A stretch of DNA of 32,000 bases from Methanocaldococcus sp. FS406-22 (GCF_000025525.1 NC_013887.1:1626871-1658870), one strand, 5' to 3'. Shown: positions 1-9,670, counted from the stretch's first letter. A program made the numbers and translations. The notes: a model not told the origin generated them from the letters alone.

Positions 1-94
1 TCATAGCCACAGGGAGTTTATTAACTAATATATGGACTGCCTGGGCAATAGGTATTAATTCCTTTGCTTCAGAATTTTCAGATATGGTTATCAT
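1..94 (-). CDS. Conserved hypothetical archaeal protein, N-terminal part only (runs off the window)
   Basis: Reverse-strand ATG at 92-94 with upstream aggtgaaatt; reads MITISENSEAKELIPIAQAVHILVNKLPVAM... with no stop before the window edge. Confidence 0.7.
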   Translation of the reverse strand, partial: MITISENSEAKELIPIAQAVHILVNKLPVAM

Positions 95-232
95 AATTTC
101 ACCTAAAAATCTTTAAGTAGTAGTTCAATAATTTTAACTTTAAAAGATTATTCTATATAAACCGTTATGCTAATCTACTATAAAAGATTACTACTTATCA
201 TTAACTTTAATTTTACTTAATGCTTTGCTTAT

Positions 233-327
233 TATAGGACTTTCACAGTTTATATGCTAATTTGGAGCTTTGACGCTCAAAGAATGTTGAATATTAATAG
301 AACGTCCATTTCTACAAAAGCCTTATA
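233..327. repeat. MITE-like palindromic element, degenerate copy
   Basis: Left end tataggactttcacagtttatat nearly matches the left end at 8272 (tataggactttcgcagtttatat). Imperfect inverted right end ctacaaaagccttata. Flanked both sides by TTAT. Inner hairpin ctttg/caaag at 268-282. Confidence 0.6.
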
Positions 328-349
328 TTATTAACAATTAGGTGGTAAA

Positions 350-1252
350 ATGGAAAAGATTACATGTATAGGACATACTGCCCTTGATTATATTTTTAAT
401 GTAGAAAAATTTCCAGAACCGAATACTTCAATTCAAATCCCTTCAGCGAGAAAGTATTATGGTGGAGCAGCGGCAAATACAGCAGTAGGAATAAAAAAAC
501 TCGGTGTTGATTCAGAGCTTTTATCATGTGTTGGATATGATTTTAAAAACAGTGGGTATGAGAGGTATTTAAAAAATTTAGGTATAAATATTTCTAAAAT
601 TTACTATTCTGAAGAAGAAGAAACACCAAAAGCGTGGATATTTACGGATAAAGACAACAACCAAATTACTTTTTTCTTATGGGGGGCGGCTAAGCACTAT
701 AAAGAGCTAAATCCTCCAAATTTCAATACAGAGATTGTCCATATAGCTACTGGAGACCCAGAGTTTAACTTAAAATGTGCAAAAAAAGCTTATGGAAACA
801 ATTTGGTATCTTTCGACCCTGGACAGGACTTGCCTCAATACTCAAAAGACATGTTGTTGGAGATAATTGAGCACACAAACTTCTTATTTATGAATAAGCA
901 CGAATTCGAAAGGGCTTCTAAGGTACTGAATTTTGAGATTGATGACTATCTGGATAGAGTTGATGCCCTTATAGTAACAAAAGGTTCTAAGGGTAGCACA
1001 ATATACACTAAAGATAAAAAAATAGAGATTCCATGTATTAAGGCAGAGAAAGTTGTAGATCCAACAGGTGCTGGAGATAGTTACAGAGCTGGATTTTTAT
1101 CTGCCTATATTAAGGGTTATGATTTAGAGAAATGTGGTTTAATTGGAGCTTCAACAGCGTCTTATGTAGTTGAGGCAAAGGGATGCCAGACAAATTTACC
1201 AACATGGGATATGGTTATTGAGAGATTGGAGAAACACGGGTATAAATTATAA
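350..1252 (+). CDS. PfkB-family carbohydrate/nucleoside kinase
   Basis: 300 aa; PfkB signatures GGAAANTAVGIKKLG and DPTGAGDSYRAGF; RBS aggtgg upstream. Confidence 0.9.
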   Translation: MEKITCIGHTALDYIFNVEKFPEPNTSIQIPSARKYYGGAAANTAVGIKKLGVDSELLSCVGYDFKNSGYERYLKNLGINISKIYYSEEEETPKAWIFTDKDNNQITFFLWGAAKHYKELNPPNFNTEIVHIATGDPEFNLKCAKKAYGNNLVSFDPGQDLPQYSKDMLLEIIEHTNFLFMNKHEFERASKVLNFEIDDYLDRVDALIVTKGSKGSTIYTKDKKIEIPCIKAEKVVDPTGAGDSYRAGFLSAYIKGYDLEKCGLIGASTASYVVEAKGCQTNLPTWDMVIERLEKHGYKL

Positions 1253-1315
1253 GTGTTTTTCAAAATATTTTAGAATATACTATTAAATTAAATTTTAATA
1301 AATCTTGAAAACACT
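1252..1315. repeat. Short palindromic element with agtgtttttcaa / ttgaaaacact ends
   Basis: Left agtgtttttcaa at 1252-1263; right ttgaaaacact at about 1305-1315; same terminal motif as the element at 9565-9670. Confidence 0.4.
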
Positions 1316-1333
1316 AAAATTGAGGGATATACC

Positions 1334-2254
1334 ATGGATATAATAGAAAGAATAAACAAATTAAAAGAAGAGAAAAACGCAATAATATTGGCTCACAACT
1401 ACCAACCAAAGGAAATTCAAAAGATAGCTGATTTTTTGGGAGATTCTTTGGAATTGTGCATTAAAGCTAAAGAAACAGATGCAGATATAATAGTATTTTG
1501 TGGAGTAGATTTTATGGGTGAATCAGCAAAAATTTTAAACCCAGATAAAAAGGTTTTGATGCCAGAGATTGAAGGGACTCAATGCCCAATGGCTCATCAA
1601 CTACCTCCAGAGATTATAAAAAAATATAAGGAGCTATATCCAGAGGCTCCATTGGTTGTTTATGTAAATACAACGGCAGAGACAAAAGCTTTAGCTGATA
1701 TAACTTGCACATCTGCAAATGCAGATAAAGTTGTTAATTCTTTAGATGCAGATACTGTTTTATTTGGTCCAGATAATAATTTAGCTTATTATGTGCAGAA
1801 AAGAACTGATAAAGAGGTTATAGCTATTCCTGAAGGAGGGGGCTGTTATGTGCATAAAAAATTCACCATAGATGATTTAAAAAGAGTTAAAAGTAAATAT
1901 CCTAAAGCAAAAGTTTTGATTCATCCAGAATGCTATCCAGAACTGCAAGATAATGCCGATTACATTGCAAGCACAAGTGGTATATTGAGGATAGTGTTGG
2001 AGTCAGATGATGATGAGTTTATAATCGGCACTGAAGTTGGAATGATAAATAGATTGGAGATAGAACTTGAAAAATTGGGCAAAGAAAAAAAGCTTATTCC
2101 ATTGAGAGAGGATGCCATTTGTAATGAAATGAAAAGAATAACCTTAGAAAAGATAGAAAAATGTTTATTAGAAGAGACGTATGAAATTAAATTAAGTAGT
2201 GAAGTTATTGAAAAAGCTCGAAAAGCCATTGAAAGAATGTTAAAAATTAAGTAA
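1334..2254 (+). CDS. nadA: Quinolinate synthase A
   Basis: 306 aa; AHNYQPKEIQKIADFLGDSLEL, MGESAKILNP, CPMAHQ, GGGCYVHKKF and conserved cysteines typical of NadA. Confidence 0.95.
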   Translation: MDIIERINKLKEEKNAIILAHNYQPKEIQKIADFLGDSLELCIKAKETDADIIVFCGVDFMGESAKILNPDKKVLMPEIEGTQCPMAHQLPPEIIKKYKELYPEAPLVVYVNTTAETKALADITCTSANADKVVNSLDADTVLFGPDNNLAYYVQKRTDKEVIAIPEGGGCYVHKKFTIDDLKRVKSKYPKAKVLIHPECYPELQDNADYIASTSGILRIVLESDDDEFIIGTEVGMINRLEIELEKLGKEKKLIPLREDAICNEMKRITLEKIEKCLLEETYEIKLSSEVIEKARKAIERMLKIK

Positions 2255-2263
2255 GGGAGATAT

Positions 2264-2629
2264 ATGAGGGTAGAAGAAACAGAAGTTTTTAAAAAGTATT
2301 TTAAAAATTTAACTGATAGAGAAAGGGCAGTATTTGAGGGAGGGATTACATTAGGAGCTCTATTTCATCAATTTGTTGGTACTCCAGTAAGCAAATACAA
2401 CAAAGAATCCTTAGAAAGGGCTATAGAAGAGGCTATGAAAAATCAGCCATGTGTTTATGATATAAAGGTAAAAATTAAAGATGTTGGAGAAAAATATGTT
2501 TCTTTAGATGGAAAGATGTTAGATGTCGATTTAAAAATTAAGATAAATAAAACAGTTGCCCATTTAAAACTTGAATACATCCCAGAGATTGACTATCCTC
2601 TCATGTACGTCAAAAAGTTTGAGGAATAA
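2264..2629 (+). CDS. mptD: MptD-like archaeal dihydroneopterin aldolase (DUF372 family)
   Basis: 121 aa; VFEGGITLGALFHQFVGTPVSK and the overall pattern recalled for the DUF372/MptD family; RBS gggaga. Confidence 0.7.
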   Translation: MRVEETEVFKKYFKNLTDRERAVFEGGITLGALFHQFVGTPVSKYNKESLERAIEEAMKNQPCVYDIKVKIKDVGEKYVSLDGKMLDVDLKIKINKTVAHLKLEYIPEIDYPLMYVKKFEE

Positions 2630-2686
2630 ATATTTATTTTAAAACTTAATGATTATTTTAATATAGAGGGTATTGAGGTGGAGTGG

Positions 2687-4795
2687 ATGAAAAAGTTTAT
2701 TTTTGTAGTTTTACTACTTGCAGTAATTAGCTGTTCTTACTCATCAAATTTGAATTACAAATATGCAAGCTCAATTCCTATAGTATTCGTTCAATTATCT
2801 AAAATTAAAAGTATAGATGAACTTAAAGAACTCTTAGATGAAAATAATACTTTAACCATATTTTGTATGGACAGTCAGTCAATTAATAAGGACATATTAT
2901 GCTACTTAGGGATAAAAAAATACACTCCATTGAAACTTCCAGATTATGGGAATTACACATATATTAATAAAAATGGGGTTATTGTAGTTTATCCAAAATA
3001 CAGTGTTTATGAGGAAAATGGAGCTTTAATATATAATCCACCAAAGGAAGAGAATTATAGCAAATATGAATTTGTAAAGCCATATAAAATAAAAGTTCTA
3101 AATAATTCAAAAATCCCAAATTATGATGGATATGTATTAATAGAAAATTCAACCTTTATCCTCTACCCAAAAAAATACATAATTAGAGGAGATAATGGAG
3201 AAGTTTATTATATTCCTCCAAAAGAAAGTTCTGATAGATATTATTATAAGTACTCCTATGACCTTCCAGAAAAATACATTCCCGATTATTACGGTTATGT
3301 ATTTGTTGATAACAGCAGTGTTTTCATAATATATCCAAAAAAATATATTACAAGAAATGATGATGGAGTTTTAATATTCAATCCCCCAGCAGATGTTAAA
3401 GAAGTTCCAATTTATAAAATTAATTATAAGAAAGTAGCTGATGGAGTCTATGAAATTAAGAAAAATAAACTTCTTTTTCTGTATCCTACAACTCTAAACA
3501 ACAAATCAACTCTTGATATTATTGGTGAATATATCGCAAAAAATGGAGGAATTTTTGCATATATAAACAAAGTTCCACCTTATTATAAGCATATCCTTGT
3601 TTCAGGAGTCGCAATAGATAAAGTAATTCCAGATGAAAATGGAGATTATGCTATAGATGTTGCAGGAAGGAAGATTAAAGTAGATATGCTGGATAATAGT
3701 ATAATAGAAAAAAAGTTGGGAGCCATAAAGGCATTGAGAGCATTTGGGATAAATGTAAGTTACATAGTGACAGGTAGCGAAGGCATAGATATTGTCGAAA
3801 AATCTAATGTTAATATGAATGAACTTGAAGATTTATATAACTACTACTGGTTTAAAAAATGGTGGCAGCAAAATTATACTCATCTATATTTCAATCCAGA
3901 AAAAATGCAAGATATTAATTGGGAAGATATACTCGCTTTAAGTTATTATCCTTTAATCTATGTGGATAAAGCACCAGAAACATTTAGAAATGACCCCATT
4001 GGTGGATACTACCCTAAGGTTATAAGTTATGAGGGAACAAAAGAGTATGGTTACTGGGAAGAAGGACCTAAAAGTGAAAATATTTATTATCACTTAGATG
4101 ATGGTGAACCATACTGGGAGGGAAAAGCTAAAGAATCATCAAAATGGTATTATGAAGGAGAACCGGTTTCACCGGAAAATGAGAGCGAAATGTGGGATAA
4201 ATACAAGTATTTCAACCACTGGTTTGTTAAAAATTATGCCTATGCATTAGCAAATGGTTGTCATGGGTTGTTCTTAGAAAGTTCAGATAAATACTTAATA
4301 GATGCAATTTTTGGAAAAGATAATGATGAGTTGGATTGGAAATTAGATTTAAAAGATAAGGTTGATTATGTGGTAATTCCTGGAAATAAAGGATTTGAAA
4401 CATATGATGGAATCCCAATAGTCAGAATCCCTTCACCATTAAAAGAGATTTATGGGATAAATGTTGTTAGCACATTATACATTCCGCCAAAAGATGAAGA
4501 CTTTGGAGTTTATATTGCAGATATTAGGAACTTTAGTGAAGATTTACTTATCAAACTAAAGGAAAATGGAACAGCAATAATATCATTCAAGGATTTGGCT
4601 AACTGGCTTGATAAGTATAATAAGAACAATATTCTATATAATGGAACTGCTATAATTATAAAAGATAATAATGGGATAAAAATCACCATATTTAAAAAGA
4701 ATCTTAACGTAAGTAATTATACAGTTGAAGAATTCGACAAAGAACATTGTAAATATGTAATAGCAAATCCACCGAAAATAATTCCTTTGAACTAA
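2687..4795 (+). CDS. Large secreted or lipid-anchored hypothetical protein with tandem N-terminal repeats
   Basis: Signal peptide [16 protein letters not shown] with lipobox-like VISC; many Asn glycosylation sequons; RBS gaggtgg upstream of ATG at 2687 (the ORF track start at 2678 is GTG). Confidence 0.8.
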   Translation: MKKFIFVVLLLAVISCSYSSNLNYKYASSIPIVFVQLSKIKSIDELKELLDENNTLTIFCMDSQSINKDILCYLGIKKYTPLKLPDYGNYTYINKNGVIVVYPKYSVYEENGALIYNPPKEENYSKYEFVKPYKIKVLNNSKIPNYDGYVLIENSTFILYPKKYIIRGDNGEVYYIPPKESSDRYYYKYSYDLPEKYIPDYYGYVFVDNSSVFIIYPKKYITRNDDGVLIFNPPADVKEVPIYKINYKKVADGVYEIKKNKLLFLYPTTLNNKSTLDIIGEYIAKNGGIFAYINKVPPYYKHILVSGVAIDKVIPDENGDYAIDVAGRKIKVDMLDNSIIEKKLGAIKALRAFGINVSYIVTGSEGIDIVEKSNVNMNELEDLYNYYWFKKWWQQNYTHLYFNPEKMQDINWEDILALSYYPLIYVDKAPETFRNDPIGGYYPKVISYEGTKEYGYWEEGPKSENIYYHLDDGEPYWEGKAKESSKWYYEGEPVSPENESEMWDKYKYFNHWFVKNYAYALANGCHGLFLESSDKYLIDAIFGKDNDELDWKLDLKDKVDYVVIPGNKGFETYDGIPIVRIPSPLKEIYGINVVSTLYIPPKDEDFGVYIADIRNFSEDLLIKLKENGTAIISFKDLANWLDKYNKNNILYNGTAIIIKDNNGIKITIFKKNLNVSNYTVEEFDKEHCKYVIANPPKIIPLN

Positions 4796-4814
4796 AATAA
4801 TTTTTGGTGATATA

Positions 4815-5606
4815 ATGAGGATAGGTTTTTACAATATTCAAGGGGGAACTGGAAAAACTACTATTGCTGCAAATTTTGCATACCTACTCAGTCAATCAGT
4901 AAAAACAATATTGGTTGATTGTGATATATATGGAGGGACAACTGCCGTTTTATTTGGTCTTGAAGATAAGAAGCATAACCTAAATACTTATCTTGCAGGA
5001 GATTCTGCAATTGAAGATATAATATACCATTATGACGATTTGGCTATTATCCATACTGATGTTTCTTCTAAGGTTTTTGGATATAAATCTGACTTAAATA
5101 GATTCGAAACTTTAATCAAAGAATTGGATGAAGAGTATGATGTTATAGTCTATGATTTTCCACCCAACATTACTGAAGATAACCCACTGATAGGTTATGT
5201 TGGTGAATTTGAACTCGTTAATAAGGTAGTTGTAGTCGGAGAGGATAGTATCCCATCAATTGTAAATTCTCTAAAAACTATAGAACTTATAACGGACTTA
5301 AGTATAGGACTTACAGGGATAATTGTAAATAAATATAGGGGACTTACTGATATTAGTGAGATAATAGATGACGTTGTCGGGGTTCTACCCTACGACCAAA
5401 ATGTAGAAAGGCAGTGGGTAGAGAGCACACCAATAGCAAAAATTAAAACAAAATTTACAAAGGAACTTACCAAATTAACTAATGAAGTAGCAAGTATATA
5501 TTTAGAGAAGGATTTAGCATCATTAAGAGCTTTAAAATTAGCAAAAGCTATTTCAGAATTAACTGAAGAAGAAAAAGTTGAAAGAGACTTTGAGGACTAT
5601 TTATAA
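4815..5606 (+). CDS. MinD/ParA-family ATPase
   Basis: 263 aa; Walker A QGGTGKTT, LVDCDIYGG, YDVIVYDFPPN, VNKYRG. Confidence 0.9.
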   Translation: MRIGFYNIQGGTGKTTIAANFAYLLSQSVKTILVDCDIYGGTTAVLFGLEDKKHNLNTYLAGDSAIEDIIYHYDDLAIIHTDVSSKVFGYKSDLNRFETLIKELDEEYDVIVYDFPPNITEDNPLIGYVGEFELVNKVVVVGEDSIPSIVNSLKTIELITDLSIGLTGIIVNKYRGLTDISEIIDDVVGVLPYDQNVERQWVESTPIAKIKTKFTKELTKLTNEVASIYLEKDLASLRALKLAKAISELTEEEKVERDFEDYL

Positions 5607-5675
5607 TAATTATAATAAAATAATAAAAATAAATATTAATAAATATTCAAATTCAAAAAAATATAAGGGATAGTG

Positions 5676-6494
5676 ATGCTAACAAAAAGAATTATTCCAT
5701 GCTTAGATATTAAAGATGGAAGGGTTGTTAAAGGAACTAAGTTTTTGAATTTGAGAGATGCTGGAGACCCCGTTGAGTTAGCCCAGTACTATGATAATGA
5801 AGGAGCTGATGAACTTGTATTTTTGGATATAACTGCTTCAGCTGAAAAGAGAGATATAATTATTGATGTTGTAGAAAGAACAGCTGAAAAGGTATTTATT
5901 CCATTAACTGTTGGTGGTGGAATTAAATCAATTGAAGATTTTAGAAGAATATTAAGGGCTGGGGCTGATAAGGTTTCAATAAATACTGCAGCAGTAAAAA
6001 ATCCAGATTTAATTAAAGAAGCAAGTGAAATATTTGGTTCCCAGTGTGTTGTTGTTGCTATTGATGCTAAGAGACATTATGTTAATGAGGATGAAATAGA
6101 TAAGATAAATAAAAATGTTGTTAAGGTAGAGGATGGTTATTGCTGGTTTGAGGTTTATATATACGGAGGGAGAAAAGAGACAGGTATAGATGCTATAGAA
6201 TGGGCTAAAAAAGTTGAAGAATTGGGTGCTGGAGAGATTTTATTAACAAGTATAGATAAAGATGGAACAAAAAGTGGCTATGATTTGATATTAACAAAAG
6301 AGATTTCTAAAATTACAAAGCTCCCAGTTATCGCAAGTGGAGGTTGTGGAAAACCAGAGCATGTTTATGAAGCTTTTGTTTATGGAAAAGCAGATGCTGC
6401 ATTAATGGCTGGAATACTGCATTATAGAGAATATACTATAGAGGAAATAAAGAGATATTGTGCTGATAGGGGAATACCTATGAGATTGTTATAA
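5676..6494 (+). CDS. hisF: Imidazole glycerol phosphate synthase subunit HisF
   Basis: [58 protein letters not shown]; ATG at 5676 fits better than the GTG at 5673. Confidence 0.97.
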   Translation: MLTKRIIPCLDIKDGRVVKGTKFLNLRDAGDPVELAQYYDNEGADELVFLDITASAEKRDIIIDVVERTAEKVFIPLTVGGGIKSIEDFRRILRAGADKVSINTAAVKNPDLIKEASEIFGSQCVVVAIDAKRHYVNEDEIDKINKNVVKVEDGYCWFEVYIYGGRKETGIDAIEWAKKVEELGAGEILLTSIDKDGTKSGYDLILTKEISKITKLPVIASGGCGKPEHVYEAFVYGKADAALMAGILHYREYTIEEIKRYCADRGIPMRLL

Positions 6495-6521
6495 CCTTTT
6501 ATTTCGTCTTTATTTTTTATT

Positions 6522-7292
6522 TTAAAATTTTAAAGATTTTAAAACCTCATCCTTCAATATATTTAATATTTTCTTCCTATATTCAAGAAATTCTATACTT
6601 GTTCTATCTCTTGGTCTCTCCAAATCAATTTCAACAATCTCTTTTATCCTCCCAGGTCTTGCAGTTAAAACTACTACCCTATCTGAGAGATAAACAGCCT
6701 CATCGACGCTATGAGTAACAAAAAATATAGTCTTCTTTTCTTTTTCCCATATTTTTAATAATTCGTTCTGCAAGATATTCCTTGTTTGTGCATCCAATGC
6801 AGCGAAAGGCTCATCCATTAAAACAATCTCTGGGTTATTTGCCAAAGTTCTTGCTATTGCAACTCTCTGTTGCATTCCTCCACTTAGCTGATAAGGATAG
6901 GCATCTTCAAATCCTTCCAATCCAACCATTTTAATGAATTTTTTGGCTATTTCTATCCTCTCGTTTTTAGGAATTCCTTTCAACTCTAAACCAAATGTAA
7001 CATTTTTTAGAACAGTTCTCCATGGCATCAATGTATATTGCTGAAATACAACCCCTCTATCTGCCCCCGGTTCTCTAACTTCTCTTCCATCCAACAAAAC
7101 TCTCCCTTCAGTTGGATAATCTAAACCAGCTATAATTCTTAACAACGTTGTTTTTCCACAACCACTTGGCCCCATAACTGTTAAAAACTCATTCTCATAA
7201 ACTTCCAAATTAATGTTGTCCAATGCCTTAACTCTATTCCCATTAAATTCAAAAATTTTTGTTAGATTTTCAACTTTCAGCTTTACTTTCAT
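6522..7292 (-). CDS. ABC transporter ATP-binding protein, nitrate/sulfonate/taurine (SsuB/TauB) type
   Basis: Walker [10 protein letters not shown], signature [13 protein letters not shown], Walker [12 protein letters not shown]. The start is taken as [10 protein letters not shown]; the ORF extends to 7313. Confidence 0.93.
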   Translation of the reverse strand: MKVKLKVENLTKIFEFNGNRVKALDNINLEVYENEFLTVMGPSGCGKTTLLRIIAGLDYPTEGRVLLDGREVREPGADRGVVFQQYTLMPWRTVLKNVTFGLELKGIPKNERIEIAKKFIKMVGLEGFEDAYPYQLSGGMQQRVAIARTLANNPEIVLMDEPFAALDAQTRNILQNELLKIWEKEKKTIFFVTHSVDEAVYLSDRVVVLTARPGRIKEIVEIDLERPRDRTSIEFLEYRKKILNILKDEVLKSLKF

Positions 7293-7334
7293 CCTATCAC
7301 TCAATGAATGCATTATTTCATCTATTTCCTCCCC

Positions 7335-7353
7335 ATAGGGGCTATGCCCCTAT
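7335..7353. repeat. Perfect hairpin ataggggc-tat-gcccctat
   Basis: 8-bp perfect inverted repeat with a 3-nt loop, between the permease and ATPase genes. Confidence 0.85.
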
Positions 7354-7366
7354 TGGTACACCCCTA

Positions 7367-7394
7367 ACACCTCCTCGCTTACGCTCGGAGGTGT
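7367..7394. repeat. Hairpin acacctcc-tcgcttacgctc-ggaggtgt, copy 1 of 2
   Basis: 8-bp perfect stem; the loop recurs in inverted orientation at 31958-31969. Confidence 0.85.
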
Positions 7395-7404
7395 AAATTA
7401 AAAA

Positions 7405-8214
7405 TTATTTCATCATCTTTCTCCATACAAAGTATTTGTCCTCAATATATCTTAGTCCTCTATCCAATACAAGCCCGATTAATCCAATAATTATCATGCA
7501 AGCGATAACAACATCCATTCTGCTCAGTGAGTAAGCATACATAATTAGATACCCTAAACCAGCGTTACTTGATGGAAGCATTTCAGCAGCAACAACACAC
7601 ATCCATGCAATTCCTGCCCCAACTCTCAGCCCAGTTAAGATACTTGGAGATGATGCTGGAATAACAACTTTTATTAGAATATCCCTTCCTTTAGCCCCTA
7701 ATGTTAAAGCCGCTTCAATCAAAGGAGTTGGGACACTTTTAACCCCGGATATTGTGTTTATCAATATTGGGAAAAATGCTCCAATAAATATAATGAATAT
7801 CATTGACATCTCTCCTAATCCAAACCATGCTAACGATAGAGGAACCCAAGCTAATGGTGGAATTGGTCTTAGCAGTTCTATTAATGTGTCACATAAGCTG
7901 TTTATTGTTCTATAGTAACCCATCAATATTCCTAAGGGTATTGCTACAGCTGAAGCTAATAAAAAACCACCTAAAACCCTTTTTATACTAACTATTGTAT
8001 TGTCTATTAAGCTTCCAGTTCCTAAAATTCCTTCGAATGGATGTGTTAAGACATTAACAACGGCTTCAACCCTTGGTAAGATGACGGGATTATTTATATA
8101 TATCGCCAAAATCTCCCATGCAACAACAACTGCTATTGGAAGAACTGCTTTTAATATTAAATCTTTCGAACTTATCTTCACAGTATCCCCTTTTATGATT
8201 TCATCTCTTAACAC
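7405..8214 (-). CDS. ABC transporter permease, nitrate/sulfonate/taurine (SsuC/TauC) type
   Basis: 269 aa membrane protein; EAALTLGAKGRDILIKVVIPASSPSILTGLRVGAGIAWMCVVAAEM is the EAA loop of this family. Confidence 0.93.
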   Translation of the reverse strand: MLRDEIIKGDTVKISSKDLILKAVLPIAVVVAWEILAIYINNPVILPRVEAVVNVLTHPFEGILGTGSLIDNTIVSIKRVLGGFLLASAVAIPLGILMGYYRTINSLCDTLIELLRPIPPLAWVPLSLAWFGLGEMSMIFIIFIGAFFPILINTISGVKSVPTPLIEAALTLGAKGRDILIKVVIPASSPSILTGLRVGAGIAWMCVVAAEMLPSSNAGLGYLIMYAYSLSRMDVVIACMIIIGLIGLVLDRGLRYIEDKYFVWRKMMK

Positions 8215-8271
8215 ATAATTAAGATATTAACAAAACTTTAAAAACATTATGAAGTATTTAAATTTTGTTAT

Positions 8272-8367
8272 TATAGGACTTTCGCAGTTTATATATTGAT
8301 TAATGCACTTAGATGCCTTTAGGCATCAATCTTCCTTATAAAAAATTTTTCCTGCGAAAGTCCTATA
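8272..8367. repeat. MITE-like palindromic element with 16-bp perfect terminal inverted repeats
   Basis: tataggactttcgcag at 8272-8287 and ctgcgaaagtcctata at 8352-8367; flanked both sides by TTAT; inner hairpin gatgcc-ttta-ggcatc at 8312-8327. Confidence 0.85.
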
Positions 8368-9543
8368 TTATTCCCAAAGTGTTCCATTTAAATAACTTAT
8401 AACTTTATCGTTAGTTTTGTTGTATATTTTTCCAATCAACACCTTAATTTTAACTCCTTCGTTGGTATTAATCTCTTCAACATTTTTTATTGTTATAACC
8501 ATTTTCATCTTTCTCATAAAATCTAAAAACTCCTCAAAATCATCTTCACTATCAAATATTAGCTCAAAATCCTCAGAAATCCTCTCTCCATCAGCTATTT
8601 TATTAATTGTCTCAACCATTGGCAACAAAATTGCCTCTCCCAAATCTTTAGCCCTCTTTTTTCTCTCCTCTTCACACTCTTTAAACTCATAGCTCATAAA
8701 TCCTTCTCTCACAACCCTACTAAATAAAAAGTCCATTCCCAAATCAAAGAAAAATGTAAAGGCTGATTTTAAGTCTTCACACTGAGTATAGTGAGTTGTA
8801 TATTTTATTGGAGGAACAGCCATATCTGGGTCTTTTAAAACAACTCCCTCTCTCCCTTCTTCGTTTAGCTTTTCAATAATCTTCCTTACGTGTATATGGG
8901 CATTATCCTTATCGACAATTGCCAACGGCTTAACATAAGGTAAGTTATATTTCTCACATAGATTTATCCTCTCTTTTATTGGTAGCGATTTGTTTGTCTC
9001 CCTCTCTTTTATATCAAATATATAAAATCCGAGATTTTCATAACCTCTATCAACCTCTTTATAATAATAAGGTGTGTAGGGGTTGTTTAGACCAATCATT
9101 TCTCCACATAACATATACTCACTGTAGTCATCTAAAATTTCCAAATTTAAGAATTTTTTAACCTTTTTTGTTGTAAAGGGGCAGATATAACCACTTCTTG
9201 TTAAAGCATAAACTTCTCCATCTATTTTAACGATTCTTATGTTATAGCCGTTCAGTTTCTCTTCAATAACAACCTTATCAATGAAATGTTTTTTTATTGT
9301 TGGGTATAGGGTTATAGCCCTGTATGTTTTTGGATATCCCCTAACAACATCGAGGTTATCGTTTAGAAATATAACTGTCCCTTTCTCTACCCCTTTAAAT
9401 TCTTTTTTAAATAGTAATGTTTTTGTTTCTTTATATTCATCTTCTCTTAAAATTTTCTTGTTAAATGCTTTATTTAAATCTTTTATAGATAAATTGAGTT
9501 TTTCCGCTATTTTATTTAAGTCATATGTTAAGACCTTCATCAT
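8368..9543 (-). CDS. ATP-dependent RNA ligase, Pab1020/Rnl3 type
   Basis: About 390 aa; motif I region VIEEKLNGYNIRI, YMLCGEMIG, FYIFDIKERET, EGREGVVLKDPD. The start is placed at MMKVLTYD following rbs gaggttgat. Confidence 0.85.
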   Translation of the reverse strand: MMKVLTYDLNKIAEKLNLSIKDLNKAFNKKILREDEYKETKTLLFKKEFKGVEKGTVIFLNDNLDVVRGYPKTYRAITLYPTIKKHFIDKVVIEEKLNGYNIRIVKIDGEVYALTRSGYICPFTTKKVKKFLNLEILDDYSEYMLCGEMIGLNNPYTPYYYKEVDRGYENLGFYIFDIKERETNKSLPIKERINLCEKYNLPYVKPLAIVDKDNAHIHVRKIIEKLNEEGREGVVLKDPDMAVPPIKYTTHYTQCEDLKSAFTFFFDLGMDFLFSRVVREGFMSYEFKECEEERKKRAKDLGEAILLPMVETINKIADGERISEDFELIFDSEDDFEEFLDFMRKMKMVITIKNVEEINTNEGVKIKVLIGKIYNKTNDKVISYLNGTLWE

Positions 9544-9564
9544 TATCAACCTCATCAAAATCTA

Positions 9565-9670
9565 TAGTGTTTTTCAAAACTTATTAAAATTAATAAGGAA
9601 TATTTGAATGTCTCCTTTGGAAGGCATTCATCAGTGCCTTAGTTATTCCAACATATTTTGAAAAACACTA
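9565..9670. repeat. MITE-like palindromic element with 15-bp perfect terminal inverted repeats
   Basis: tagtgtttttcaaaa at 9565-9579 and ttttgaaaaacacta at 9656-9670; inner imperfect hairpin gaatgtctcc/ggaaggcattc. Confidence 0.85.

Noticed and set aside
1960-2229. Antisense 89-aa ORF within nadA
   Set aside because: Fully inside a strongly supported gene on the opposite strand, Ser/Phe/Leu-rich composition typical of antisense reading, no recognisable motif.
4227-4418. Antisense 63-aa ORF in the large secreted protein gene
   Set aside because: Antisense shadow, no family resemblance.
7803-8218. Antisense ORFs (62 and 72 aa) opposite the ABC permease
   Set aside because: Overlap a strongly supported permease; low-complexity translations.
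8417-9607. Antisense ORFs (91, 60 and 108 aa) opposite the RNA ligase
   Set aside because: Antisense shadows. The 108-aa one also runs through the palindromic element arm.
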